From NCBI GenBank assembly GCA_001773215.1, contig MEWB01000001.1, forward strand, positions 151,108 through 215,107: a stretch of 64,000 nucleotides of DNA, given 5' to 3'. Of this stretch, positions 9,750 to 18,102 are shown in pieces. The stretch comes from a candidate division WWE3 bacterium RIFOXYC1_FULL_40_10. Its GTDB lineage: Bacteria > Patescibacteriota > WWE3 > UBA101185 > UBA10185. Both the position numbers and the translations under genes were made by a program. Below the pieces are notes generated by a model. The model was not told the origin of the DNA. It worked only from the letters and a program-made list of their open reading frames with translations, and did no database searches. How positions within the stretch are numbered: position 1 is the stretch's first letter; each line of letters opens with the position of its first letter.

Positions 9750-9906
9750 AGTTCCGCAGGTTTCATATAAGGCGGTGGCACTTGCTCGTATTGAGGAAAA
9801 ACTGGACAAAGTTTATCAAATTATTTTCCAGCAAATGGAAAGCATGGGAATGACCCAGGAAGGCAATAAGAATAAAAATGAATCAGGTGGAAACAATAAC
9901 AATTAA
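9736..9906 (+). CDS. Small hypothetical protein (56 aa)
   Basis: Overlaps both neighbours as in coupled operons; LARIEEKLDKVY coiled-coil-like segment. Confidence 0.35.
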   Translation: MNRCKVPQVSYKAVALARIEEKLDKVYQIIFQQMESMGMTQEGNKNKNESGGNNNN

Positions 9907-12070
9907 AGAATATCTTGATACGAAAGGCATACCATACAAAGAAAAGGGTAAAGAGCTTATAACAGCATGTGTTTTCAATAGCTGCGACAGCGACAGTCAT
10001 GCAGGTGAGGAACACTTATATTTTGATGCAGACACTTCTCAATATAAATGTTTCAAATGCGGTGAGACTGGAAATATCTTCACGCTTTGTGAGTTTTTAG
10101 GCGATGACAAGAAAACAGTAATTAAACAAAGTACTTCTGTGGGAACGGCAAGAGGCGTCAAAATTACTCTTGAGCAAATAGAAAGCTATCATAAAGCCCT
10201 ACCAGACCGCATAAAAAAATATCTTGAGGAAAAGAGAGGTATATCCACAGACTGGCAAAATACTTTTATGCTAGGGTGGGGTTCTTTTTATGGGAAAAAC
10301 TGGATAGTTATACCTTACAAGGATGCAGTAGGTAACTTTTCCTACCTAAAGCTTAGACGAGACCCTGAAACTGGTGAGGGCGAAAAGTATATGCGATTCC
10401 CAAGCGGGGCTGAATCAGCCATATACGGCATCGAAGTGTTGAGGGAAGAACAAGACTTACTTCTGATAACGGAGGGGGAGTTTGACGCTATGGTTGCAAC
10501 CATAAACGGAATCTCTGCAATATCTTTTTCTACAGGTGCGGGTAGTTACAAAAATGAAATCCGAAAACATGCGGAGCAGCTAAAGAAAATCAAGAAAATT
10601 TATGTGTGTCTGGATGCCGATATTGCGGGTATCGCCGCATCTACTGAAGTTATGAAGGAGCTTTTAGCGTTTGCACCTGATGCGGAACTTTACAGAGTAG
10701 ATTTATCGGAAAAGGTTAGGGGTGTTGGTAAAGATATTACGGATTATTTTGCTAGCTGCGGAGGTACTCCTGATGAACTTATTTATAAACTGGCAACTCG
10801 TTTTACGAAAGAAGATGTTGGGAAGGTAAACAGAATAATAACTGTACCCAAACCACAAAAAGATGTGTCGATAGAAGGTTGGAGAAATATAATTATTTCA
10901 ACTTTCCCCACCTTGCTTTTTCCTGCGGAGCTGTCTTTGTCTGTTTTAGGGCAGCTACTTATAAACGATATTAGTAATCCTTTCGGTTTGGTTTTGGTAG
11001 GTATGCCTTCTTCTGGAAAAACCATTACTCTCAACTTCTTTTCTGATGTTGACGAGCTTGTGTTTTGCTCGGACAAGTTTAGTGCAGCAGCTTTTGTTTC
11101 CAACGCTTCAAATGTTAAGGCAGAAAAGTTAGCCGAAATAGACCTTTTGCCAAAAATTCGCTACAAACTTTTTGAAGTGCGGGACTTAGCGACTCTATTT
11201 AGTAAGCGTGACGACGACTTGAATGAAGCTCTCGGTTTACTTACAAGAGTATTTGACGGTGAAGGCATTTTTACAGATTCAGGCACTCACGGACACAGGG
11301 GTTACAAAGGTGAATATCTGTTTATGTTCTTAGGTGCAACAACGCCAGTTTCACCAAGAGTATGGAAAATGATGGGCAATTTGGGTAGCCGTCTTTTCTT
11401 TTACAACATTGATAGTCCCGCAAAGACGGAATCAGAACTCATGGAGCAGATTACAACAAGCTCTTATAAGCAGAAAGAGAAGAAATGTCGTGAGGTAACA
11501 AAAGATTTTGTTTATAGTTTATGGAACGAGCATCCGAAAGGCATTACTTGGAAAAAAGAATCCGACTCGCCAAGAGCAAAAAGCCTGGTAGCAAAATCCG
11601 CCATATTTTTGGCAAGACTTAGGGGCGTGATAAACATTTGGAAGGACAGAAACGAATATTGGAGTTCGGACGAATATAACTTCACCATGCCTGTGGTTGA
11701 GCAACCAGACCGCTTAAATCAACTTTTTTACAATCTTTCAAGAGGGCATGCTGTTATTTGTGGACGAGATTACATTGATGACACCGATTTGAAGTTTGTA
11801 ATTGAGTTGGCAATACAAAGTTCTGAATATGTAAGGTCTTCAATCATGCGTGGACTTCTGAAGAATGGAGGTAGTCTCAAAACCAGCCAGGTTGAAAAGT
11901 TATTAAATTGCTCAAAGCCTACAGCATTAAAAGAAATGGAGGTGTTAAAAATACTAGGCTTATGTGACTACCGTGAAGAACTAACACTAGGATACCCTGG
12001 CAATAGTGAGAAACTTCTTGTGCTAAAAGAAGACTTTATGTGGTTACTAGAGGAACTAAAAAGAGAATAA
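9878..12070 (+). CDS. Primase-helicase (Zn finger + TOPRIM + P-loop ATPase + probable wHTH)
   Basis: C..C..H..YKCFKCG; LLITEGEFDA, CLDADIAG, KDITDY; LVLVGMPSSGKT. Confidence 0.85.
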   Translation: MNQVETITIKEYLDTKGIPYKEKGKELITACVFNSCDSDSHAGEEHLYFDADTSQYKCFKCGETGNIFTLCEFLGDDKKTVIKQSTSVGTARGVKITLEQIESYHKALPDRIKKYLEEKRGISTDWQNTFMLGWGSFYGKNWIVIPYKDAVGNFSYLKLRRDPETGEGEKYMRFPSGAESAIYGIEVLREEQDLLLITEGEFDAMVATINGISAISFSTGAGSYKNEIRKHAEQLKKIKKIYVCLDADIAGIAASTEVMKELLAFAPDAELYRVDLSEKVRGVGKDITDYFASCGGTPDELIYKLATRFTKEDVGKVNRIITVPKPQKDVSIEGWRNIIISTFPTLLFPAELSLSVLGQLLINDISNPFGLVLVGMPSSGKTITLNFFSDVDELVFCSDKFSAAAFVSNASNVKAEKLAEIDLLPKIRYKLFEVRDLATLFSKRDDDLNEALGLLTRVFDGEGIFTDSGTHGHRGYKGEYLFMFLGATTPVSPRVWKMMGNLGSRLFFYNIDSPAKTESELMEQITTSSYKQKEKKCREVTKDFVYSLWNEHPKGITWKKESDSPRAKSLVAKSAIFLARLRGVINIWKDRNEYWSSDEYNFTMPVVEQPDRLNQLFYNLSRGHAVICGRDYIDDTDLKFVIELAIQSSEYVRSSIMRGLLKNGGSLKTSQVEKLLNCSKPTALKEMEVLKILGLCDYREELTLGYPGNSEKLLVLKEDFMWLLEELKRE

Positions 12071-12076
12071 TTAAGT

Positions 12077-12116
12077 TATAATTACACATAGTGTCATGTA
12101 TCCTTTATCGATAAAG
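12077..12116 (+). promoter_or_regulatory. Putative integrase promoter (-10) and 14-bp palindrome
   Basis: TATAAT 12077-12082; CTTTATCGATAAAG 12103-12116. Confidence 0.45.
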
Positions 12117-12154
12117 ATAATCTGACGCTGTATCTGCCCAGAAAGAAGTATTTT

Positions 12155-13750
12155 ATGAGATTAGCTTTTTATGGCAGAGTAAGCACTCAAAGACAGGAAA
12201 AAGAAGAAACGATAGAAAACCAACTTTTGGTAGTTAAAGAAAAATTTGAGAAGGAAGGTCATGTATTTGTTAAGGATTATATCGATGAAAATTGGTCGGG
12301 GATGGTTTTGGAGAGACCTGATTTAGACCAATTAAGGCTTGATGCTGCTTCTGACTTATGGGAGGGCATTGCAATGTACGATACCGATAGATTAAGCCGC
12401 AAGTATATGCACCTGTGTATCCTACAGGAAGAGTTTGAGAAGGCAGGGAAGCAGCTATTGTTTGTTACGATTAAGACACCCGAAAATGATGAAGACCGTC
12501 TGATGTTTGGAATAAAAGGCTTGTTTAGTGAATATGAACGCTACAAAATTTCTGAAAGATTTAGATTAGGGAAGTTACGAAAGGCTCGTTCAGGGCAATT
12601 GATAATTTCACATGCACCTTTTGGGTATCGCCTCTTTAAAAAAACCGACAAAGAACATACTAGGATTGAAATAGAGCCTTACGAAGCAGAAGTAATAAAA
12701 ATGATTTTTACATGGCTTGGCGAAGAGGGTTGTAGCATCAGAGAAGTTATAAGAAGGCTTACAGATAAAGGTATACAGCCAAGAAAGAGCATGCGTAAAG
12801 TTTGGGCAACTTCCACAATAAATAACTTTATACACAACGAAACATATATGGGGACGGCATATTTTGGAAAATCTAAAGCTATAGAACCTAAAAACCCATT
12901 AAAGATTGAAAAGTATAAGCGGATAAAGAAGACTAGCCGTGTTCTTAGACCTAAAGAGGATTGGATACTAATAAAAGTTCCAACTATAATTACAGAAGAG
13001 CTATACAACAAAGTAAGAGCTAGGATGGAAGTTAACTCAAAATTTGCACCTAAGAATAAAAAACATGAGTACCTGTTAACTAGCTTGGTTGCATGTCCAT
13101 GTGGCTACAACAGAGTGGGGGAGCAAGGAAGGTATTACAGATGCAGCCAGCGTATTTATACATTTCCAGTAAAACAGTCCTGTACAGAAGGTGGTGTTGA
13201 TTCCAGCATGCTAGATTCTATGGTATGGCAGGAAATTTCTCAGCTCTTGTTGCAAAAAGACCTGATACTCGACTATTACAATAGGTGGACTGACTCGTTA
13301 AATGCTAAACACAATACTTATGAATCTCAAGTTAAGCCCTTAGAAAGAGGCTTAGACAGCTTAGAACGAGAATCTGCAAGGTATGTGAAAGCATTTGGTG
13401 CTGGATTGCTCGACTTTCAACAGTTTCAGGAGCTAAAAGTAGAGTTGGACAATAAAAGGTTATTGTTACAGGCTCAAATAAGTGTTAAAAAGTCTAGTGC
13501 AGACGAAGCGAAACGGACTCACTTAACAGAGGGAATGGTTGACACTTATTGCCAATTTGCATCAGCAGCGTTAAACGGTTTGTCATTTCAACAGAAACAA
13601 GAGATACTTAGAACGGTGGTTGAGAAGGTTACAGCCACACAAAAGGAAGCAATTATTTATGGTTACATACCCGTTAAAAAACTTAATACAAAGGAGGATA
13701 TCCTAAATGTCGAGCAGCGTCCTATCCATAGGAATCATTGGATTGCCTAA
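12155..13750 (+). CDS. Large serine recombinase (integrated 531-aa form)
   Basis: YGRVSTQRQ catalytic motif, RPDL, DRLSR, APFGY, Zn ribbon CPCG...YYRC, coiled coil; overlaps the ychF start. Confidence 0.95.
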   Translation: MRLAFYGRVSTQRQEKEETIENQLLVVKEKFEKEGHVFVKDYIDENWSGMVLERPDLDQLRLDAASDLWEGIAMYDTDRLSRKYMHLCILQEEFEKAGKQLLFVTIKTPENDEDRLMFGIKGLFSEYERYKISERFRLGKLRKARSGQLIISHAPFGYRLFKKTDKEHTRIEIEPYEAEVIKMIFTWLGEEGCSIREVIRRLTDKGIQPRKSMRKVWATSTINNFIHNETYMGTAYFGKSKAIEPKNPLKIEKYKRIKKTSRVLRPKEDWILIKVPTIITEELYNKVRARMEVNSKFAPKNKKHEYLLTSLVACPCGYNRVGEQGRYYRCSQRIYTFPVKQSCTEGGVDSSMLDSMVWQEISQLLLQKDLILDYYNRWTDSLNAKHNTYESQVKPLERGLDSLERESARYVKAFGAGLLDFQQFQELKVELDNKRLLLQAQISVKKSSADEAKRTHLTEGMVDTYCQFASAALNGLSFQQKQEILRTVVEKVTATQKEAIIYGYIPVKKLNTKEDILNVEQRPIHRNHWIA

Positions 13751-14819
13751 TGTAGGCAAATCTACTTTATTTAATGCGTTGTTAAAGAGACAGGCTGCTT
13801 TGGTTGCAAACTATCCCTTTGCGACAATTGAGCCAAATATAGGAATGGTGGACGTCCCTGACAGTAGATTACATAAAATGGCGGAGTATGTGAGAAATGA
13901 TTATGGTCGAAAGTTGGGGGATAGGGAAGTGCCCGAGAAAATTATTCCCGCTGTTGTGAAATTTTACGATATCGCAGGTTTAGTTAAGGGAGCCAGCCAG
14001 GGTGAAGGACTAGGTAACGAATTTCTTGGTCACATCCGAGAGGTAGACGCCCTAATTCATGTTGTAAGAGACTTTTCAGACGAAAATATTATAAGATCCG
14101 GATCTGTTAGCCCTAAAGAAGATGTATCAATCATAGAAACCGAGCTTATTTTGTCGGATTTGGCAGTTATAGAAAAAATAATTAATACTTTGTCTGCAGG
14201 GAATAAGTCTATTAAGAACCCTAAAGTTACTCAAAAAATTGACATCCTTAATACAGTGAAAACCAATTTCGAAAAAGGTGTGTCTGCCAGATCTATAGGT
14301 TTATCAGAGAAAGAAATAGAAGTAATCTTTGACGTTCCTTTATTAACTCTGAAGCCGGAGCTGTATTTATACAATGTAGATGAGGATGAAGTAGCGGAAA
14401 AATCTAAAGCAGACTCTGATAGTTCGATTTTTCTCTGTGCAAAGATTGAATCAGAGTTAGCGGGATTTTCCGAGGAGGAAAAAATTCAATACCTCACACA
14501 TTTAGGGTTGCAAGAGAGCGGATTAGATAGGGTAATCAGAAAAGGCTATAAACTGCTATCCTTGCAGAGCTTCTTAACGATGGGACCAAAGGAAGTTAGG
14601 GCATGGACGATAAAAAAAGGCACTAACGCCAGAAAGGCATCTGCAAAGATCCATACCGACTTTGAAAAAGGCTTCATAGCGGCGGATATAATAAATTTTG
14701 ATGAATTGGATAAGATTCAAAGCCTTAGAAAAGCAAGAGACTTGGGTTTAGTTAGACTTGAAGGGAAGGACTATTTAATGCAAGAGGGCGATGTAGTTGA
14801 GTTTAGAATAAATGTATAG
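13707..14819 (+). CDS. ychF: Redox-regulated ATPase YchF (N-terminus supplied by the element)
   Basis: GIIGLPNVGKSTLFNAL, ANYPFATIEPN, DIAGLVKGASQGEGLGN, TGS domain; AAGGAGG at 13691-13697. Confidence 0.97.
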   Translation: MSSSVLSIGIIGLPNVGKSTLFNALLKRQAALVANYPFATIEPNIGMVDVPDSRLHKMAEYVRNDYGRKLGDREVPEKIIPAVVKFYDIAGLVKGASQGEGLGNEFLGHIREVDALIHVVRDFSDENIIRSGSVSPKEDVSIIETELILSDLAVIEKIINTLSAGNKSIKNPKVTQKIDILNTVKTNFEKGVSARSIGLSEKEIEVIFDVPLLTLKPELYLYNVDEDEVAEKSKADSDSSIFLCAKIESELAGFSEEEKIQYLTHLGLQESGLDRVIRKGYKLLSLQSFLTMGPKEVRAWTIKKGTNARKASAKIHTDFEKGFIAADIINFDELDKIQSLRKARDLGLVRLEGKDYLMQEGDVVEFRINV

Positions 14820-14900
14820 TATATTCCATTTTGCTTAGAAATTAATCGTGGACAAGCACTGCAGTTTGTATATAATGCAGACCGTACGAGGATTGAGCTT

Positions 14901-15188
14901 ATGAAAAAATATGAACTAATGTTAATAGCGAATATCGACCTTGGGGAGCAAGGTGCAAAGGACTTTTTTGTCTCAGTAAAGGATATGATCCAAAAAATGG
15001 AGGGTGCTATAGTTAGAGAGGATTACTGGGGGAAAAGGAAATTCGCGTACGAAATAAAAGGGAAATCCGAAGGTTTCTATAGTGTGTTGGAGGTTACCTT
15101 AGAAAGCGCCAGTTTGGCCGATTTGAAAACTAAACTTAATAGAACCTCCGGAGTAGTTAGATATTTAATTACAGCTTTGGCAAAATAA
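14901..15188 (+). CDS. rpsF: 30S ribosomal protein S6
   Basis: MKKYELM, WGKRKFAYEI, VVRYLI; rpsF-ssb-rpsR order. Confidence 0.95.
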   Translation: MKKYELMLIANIDLGEQGAKDFFVSVKDMIQKMEGAIVREDYWGKRKFAYEIKGKSEGFYSVLEVTLESASLADLKTKLNRTSGVVRYLITALAK

Positions 15189-15209
15189 AGCCTGAGCTAA
15201 AAGGAGATT

Positions 15210-15665
15210 ATGGCATCAAGAAACTTAAATAAAGCCATATTGATTGGGAATCTCACAAGAGATCCTGAGTTGAGATACACTCCTCAAGGAGTTGCCGTAG
15301 CAAGTTTTGTAGTAGCTACAAATAGAGAGTGGAGCATAAACGGAGAGAAAAAATCCGCTGTTGATTTTCACAATGTGGTAGCTTGGAACAAACTGGCTGA
15401 AATTTGCGGTCAACTGTTAAATAAAGGGTCTAAAGTATATGTAGAAGGAAGAATTCAAACCAGGGACTGGATGGATCAGCAGAACGTGAAGCACTACAAA
15501 ACTGAGATTGTGATAGACGACATGATTTTACTTAAAGGTGGAAAAGATATGACAGGAACTCCCTCTGCGGAGACAGCACCTTCTCAGGAGCCCACAGGCG
15601 AAAGTGAAGACATTAATTTCGACGACTTGGATTTCGAAGACTTGTCAGTACCAGCTGCAGAATAA
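15210..15665 (+). CDS. ssb: Single-stranded DNA-binding protein
   Basis: NKAILIGNLTRDPELRYT, VYVEGRIQTR, acidic tail. Confidence 0.97.
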   Translation: MASRNLNKAILIGNLTRDPELRYTPQGVAVASFVVATNREWSINGEKKSAVDFHNVVAWNKLAEICGQLLNKGSKVYVEGRIQTRDWMDQQNVKHYKTEIVIDDMILLKGGKDMTGTPSAETAPSQEPTGESEDINFDDLDFEDLSVPAAE

Positions 15666-15675
15666 GATTTATTTA

Positions 15676-15699
15676 GGAAGGGGGCTTCGGCTCCCTTCC
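15676..15699 (+). other. Stable hairpin with cUUCGg loop between ssb and rpsR
   Basis: GGAAGGGGGC-TTCG-GCTCCCTTCC, no U-tract. Confidence 0.6.
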
Positions 15700-15712
15700 A
15701 CCACAGAAAAAT

Positions 15713-15976
15713 ATGAAAGAAGCAAAAAAAACAACGAGAAAAAAGACTATAAATACTAAAAATACAAGGGAAGCTTTGCCTTCGTTTGAAAGATTAGATA
15801 TTGAACCGAACTACAAGGATGTTTTGGTTTTAAGAAGGTTCATTAATGACCGTGGAAAAGTTCTTCCTCAGAAATACACTTCCTTGTCCTCACGTAACCA
15901 AAGAAAGTTATCTTCAGAGGTCAAAAAAGCCCGTTTCATGGGATTGCTACCTTATACAGACAGACACATGTTGTAG
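15713..15976 (+). CDS. rpsR: 30S ribosomal protein S18
   Basis: NYKDVLVLRRFINDRGKVLP...QRKLSSEVKKARFMGLLPY. Confidence 0.95.
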   Translation: MKEAKKTTRKKTINTKNTREALPSFERLDIEPNYKDVLVLRRFINDRGKVLPQKYTSLSSRNQRKLSSEVKKARFMGLLPYTDRHML

Positions 15977-16005
15977 TCTTCTAATCTACCAGGTATCATA
16001 TCTAC

Positions 16006-17082
16006 ATGCCCGTTCTAGCTGCTTGCTTTGGATATTCCGGAGCTTACTTTTTAATCGAAACACCTAAAAATAAGAAAAGTGAATTCAACTTCGTGACCTT
16101 TCCCTATACTTATATTCCTGCGATATGTGGGGATTATTGTGATTCCAAAAAGTTTAATACTTACCTTATGGAGAAAATAGCAGGGGATTTTGGAGCAAAA
16201 CTGTCGGATTTTGATATTTTAATTACCGACGTTTACGACTACCCCCGTGTTACGTTCGAGCCAACCCAGTTTGTAACTCTCAACAGACTATTCCAGGCTA
16301 CATCAGGTCCCTACCCAATATATGTTTCTAACCATTCAGTTAGAACCAAAAAGGCAGCAATTGGCATAAACCTTCTTAAAGGGGTGGAAACTCAGTCGGG
16401 TCACGAAAATTTTGAACTTAACTTTGGAAAGATATTTAGCCCGAACGAACTCGAGTATATCTACAACCACGAGATTTACCCTCAAATATCTGCTGTGGAC
16501 TTGTCTACCAGAATTGATTTGGATCGGAATATCGTTAATATGGTAACCAAGGAGACAGATATTGGTATAAGTGCCGACAGTAATCAACTGATCTTCATGG
16601 GGGCGAGGTTTATCGATAGAATTCTAGATCCCGAACTGGATTACGTCTTGGCGTTGGATTTTATCCAGAATCCCGGAGTATATTCGGTTTATATTGACCG
16701 AAATAATGCATTTATACTTTTGTCACTACTCAGTTTGCATAAAACCGACGCAGAAATCAACTTCGACAAATACCTGGAGAAGGCGGGAACAGTTATTAGA
16801 ACTCACGGTGAAACTGAATGTTTAATAAAATCCGGTAGTAGTACTGGCCAGATATTCACGCTTATCGAAAACGAAGTATTCGTGGTGCCCCTGGATGAAA
16901 ATTCGATGGCGGAAGTGCAAGTTAGAGGGTCTCATGTCGAAAAAGGTGTTGTGGCTAATGTTAAAGGGGGAAAGGTGGGAATTATTTTTGACACCATGCA
17001 AAGAAACGTCCTCATCTCAGATGATAGGAAAGCTCTAAACAATTGTATCAAGTTTTTCGAGTCCTCTATCAAAGGCGTTTAA
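16006..17082 (+). CDS. Hypothetical protein, weak resemblance to the GlmL/MutL (glutamate mutase L) C-terminal region
   Basis: 358 aa; VKGGKVGIIFDT resembles the GGxxGxxxD end of that family. Confidence 0.45.
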   Translation: MPVLAACFGYSGAYFLIETPKNKKSEFNFVTFPYTYIPAICGDYCDSKKFNTYLMEKIAGDFGAKLSDFDILITDVYDYPRVTFEPTQFVTLNRLFQATSGPYPIYVSNHSVRTKKAAIGINLLKGVETQSGHENFELNFGKIFSPNELEYIYNHEIYPQISAVDLSTRIDLDRNIVNMVTKETDIGISADSNQLIFMGARFIDRILDPELDYVLALDFIQNPGVYSVYIDRNNAFILLSLLSLHKTDAEINFDKYLEKAGTVIRTHGETECLIKSGSSTGQIFTLIENEVFVVPLDENSMAEVQVRGSHVEKGVVANVKGGKVGIIFDTMQRNVLISDDRKALNNCIKFFESSIKGV

Positions 17083-17085
17083 GTT

Positions 17086-18081
17086 ATGTATGTACCTGTT
17101 TTAAAGAAAATTCATACTTCAATTAATACTCTGGTGGAAAGGGCTTTACCGGTTAGTGGTGCTATATATGTGAAGCCGGGGGTCGAGCTTAGGCCATTCG
17201 ATAAAGTGGGTGACTGCTTATTTTCCCATCAAATGATGCCGCTGCCCGATAAATTTAAGCCAAAAAAGAAAATAGTTCCTGGAGGTAGAGAGAATTTTAG
17301 AAGGGATTCAGTAGTAGGGCACTTAGCCAGAGAAAGAATAATTGCACCTTTTGACGGAGATTTGGTGTTCGACGGAGAAGTCTATGTTTTTAAGGAAATC
17401 GAAAAAAAACATAGTTTGTTATCGGGAGTTTGGGGTACGGTCTCGGAGGTAATTCCCTCTATGTCGGTGCTTATTAAAACACAGGTCGCTGATATAGCCT
17501 TTGCCCTGGCCACTCCGGTTGTTGCGTCGGGGGAAATGGTGATCTTTCCAAACCCAACGGAGATACTTGAAGAGTATTATCTTGAGAGTTTCTTAAAGAA
17601 TCCGTTAGGCAAAGTGGTATATATAGGAAATTATGTGAAAGAAGATGTTGTTGAAAAAGCCCATAAGCTGGGAATTGGAGCTGCAATATGCGGCAGTACA
17701 ACCAAAAAAGCGTTTGACTATGCCCTGAAGAATAAGTTTGGTTTGGGAGTAATTAGCGGTTACGGTAAGATGCAGGTTCCCTCGAGTGTTTACAATTACC
17801 TAAGTAAGATTTCGTATCGCCAAGTTTTCTTTGAGGGAGAGAGAAGTATACTGAGGGTACCGATTCCACTTGAAGAGTTTATGCAAAATAATGACAAGGG
17901 GTGTGTCTTGATCAAAGAAGTTCTCCCTGCCGACAAGGTGCAGGTTTTCCAAAAAAACTATTTTGGTAATATAGGAACGGTTGACAGAGTTGGTGAAAAT
18001 AGTATATTTGTAAGGTTCAAGACTGAAGATAAAAGTGTTATTGAGATCTTATCTCCGAATTTTTTTATACTTCAGGATTAA
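17086..18081 (+). CDS. Conserved hypothetical protein (barrel-sandwich-hybrid-like start, KOW-like end)
   Basis: ERALPVSGAIYVKPGVELRPFD; DKVQVFQKNYFGNIGTV. Confidence 0.5.
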   Translation: MYVPVLKKIHTSINTLVERALPVSGAIYVKPGVELRPFDKVGDCLFSHQMMPLPDKFKPKKKIVPGGRENFRRDSVVGHLARERIIAPFDGDLVFDGEVYVFKEIEKKHSLLSGVWGTVSEVIPSMSVLIKTQVADIAFALATPVVASGEMVIFPNPTEILEEYYLESFLKNPLGKVVYIGNYVKEDVVEKAHKLGIGAAICGSTTKKAFDYALKNKFGLGVISGYGKMQVPSSVYNYLSKISYRQVFFEGERSILRVPIPLEEFMQNNDKGCVLIKEVLPADKVQVFQKNYFGNIGTVDRVGENSIFVRFKTEDKSVIEILSPNFFILQD

Positions 18082-18102
18082 CTGTTTTGAGTAGTCCCTA
18101 TT

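Larger units (their letters stand above)
3283..13735 (+). mobile_element. Integrated satellite/PICI-like element with large serine recombinase, inserted in ychF
   Basis: GGAAT core at 3283-3287 and 13731-13735; reconstructed attB restores ychF; reconstructed attP is an imperfect inverted repeat; encodes integrase, primase-helicase and TerS-like protein; all genes on + strand. Confidence 0.88.

Noticed and set aside
3283-13735. Complete prophage or conjugative element
   Set aside because: No capsid, portal, TerL, tail, lysis, relaxase or mating-pair genes recognised
15676-15699. Terminator inside rpsF-ssb-rpsR
   Set aside because: No U-tract on either strand; more likely a stabilising or processing hairpin
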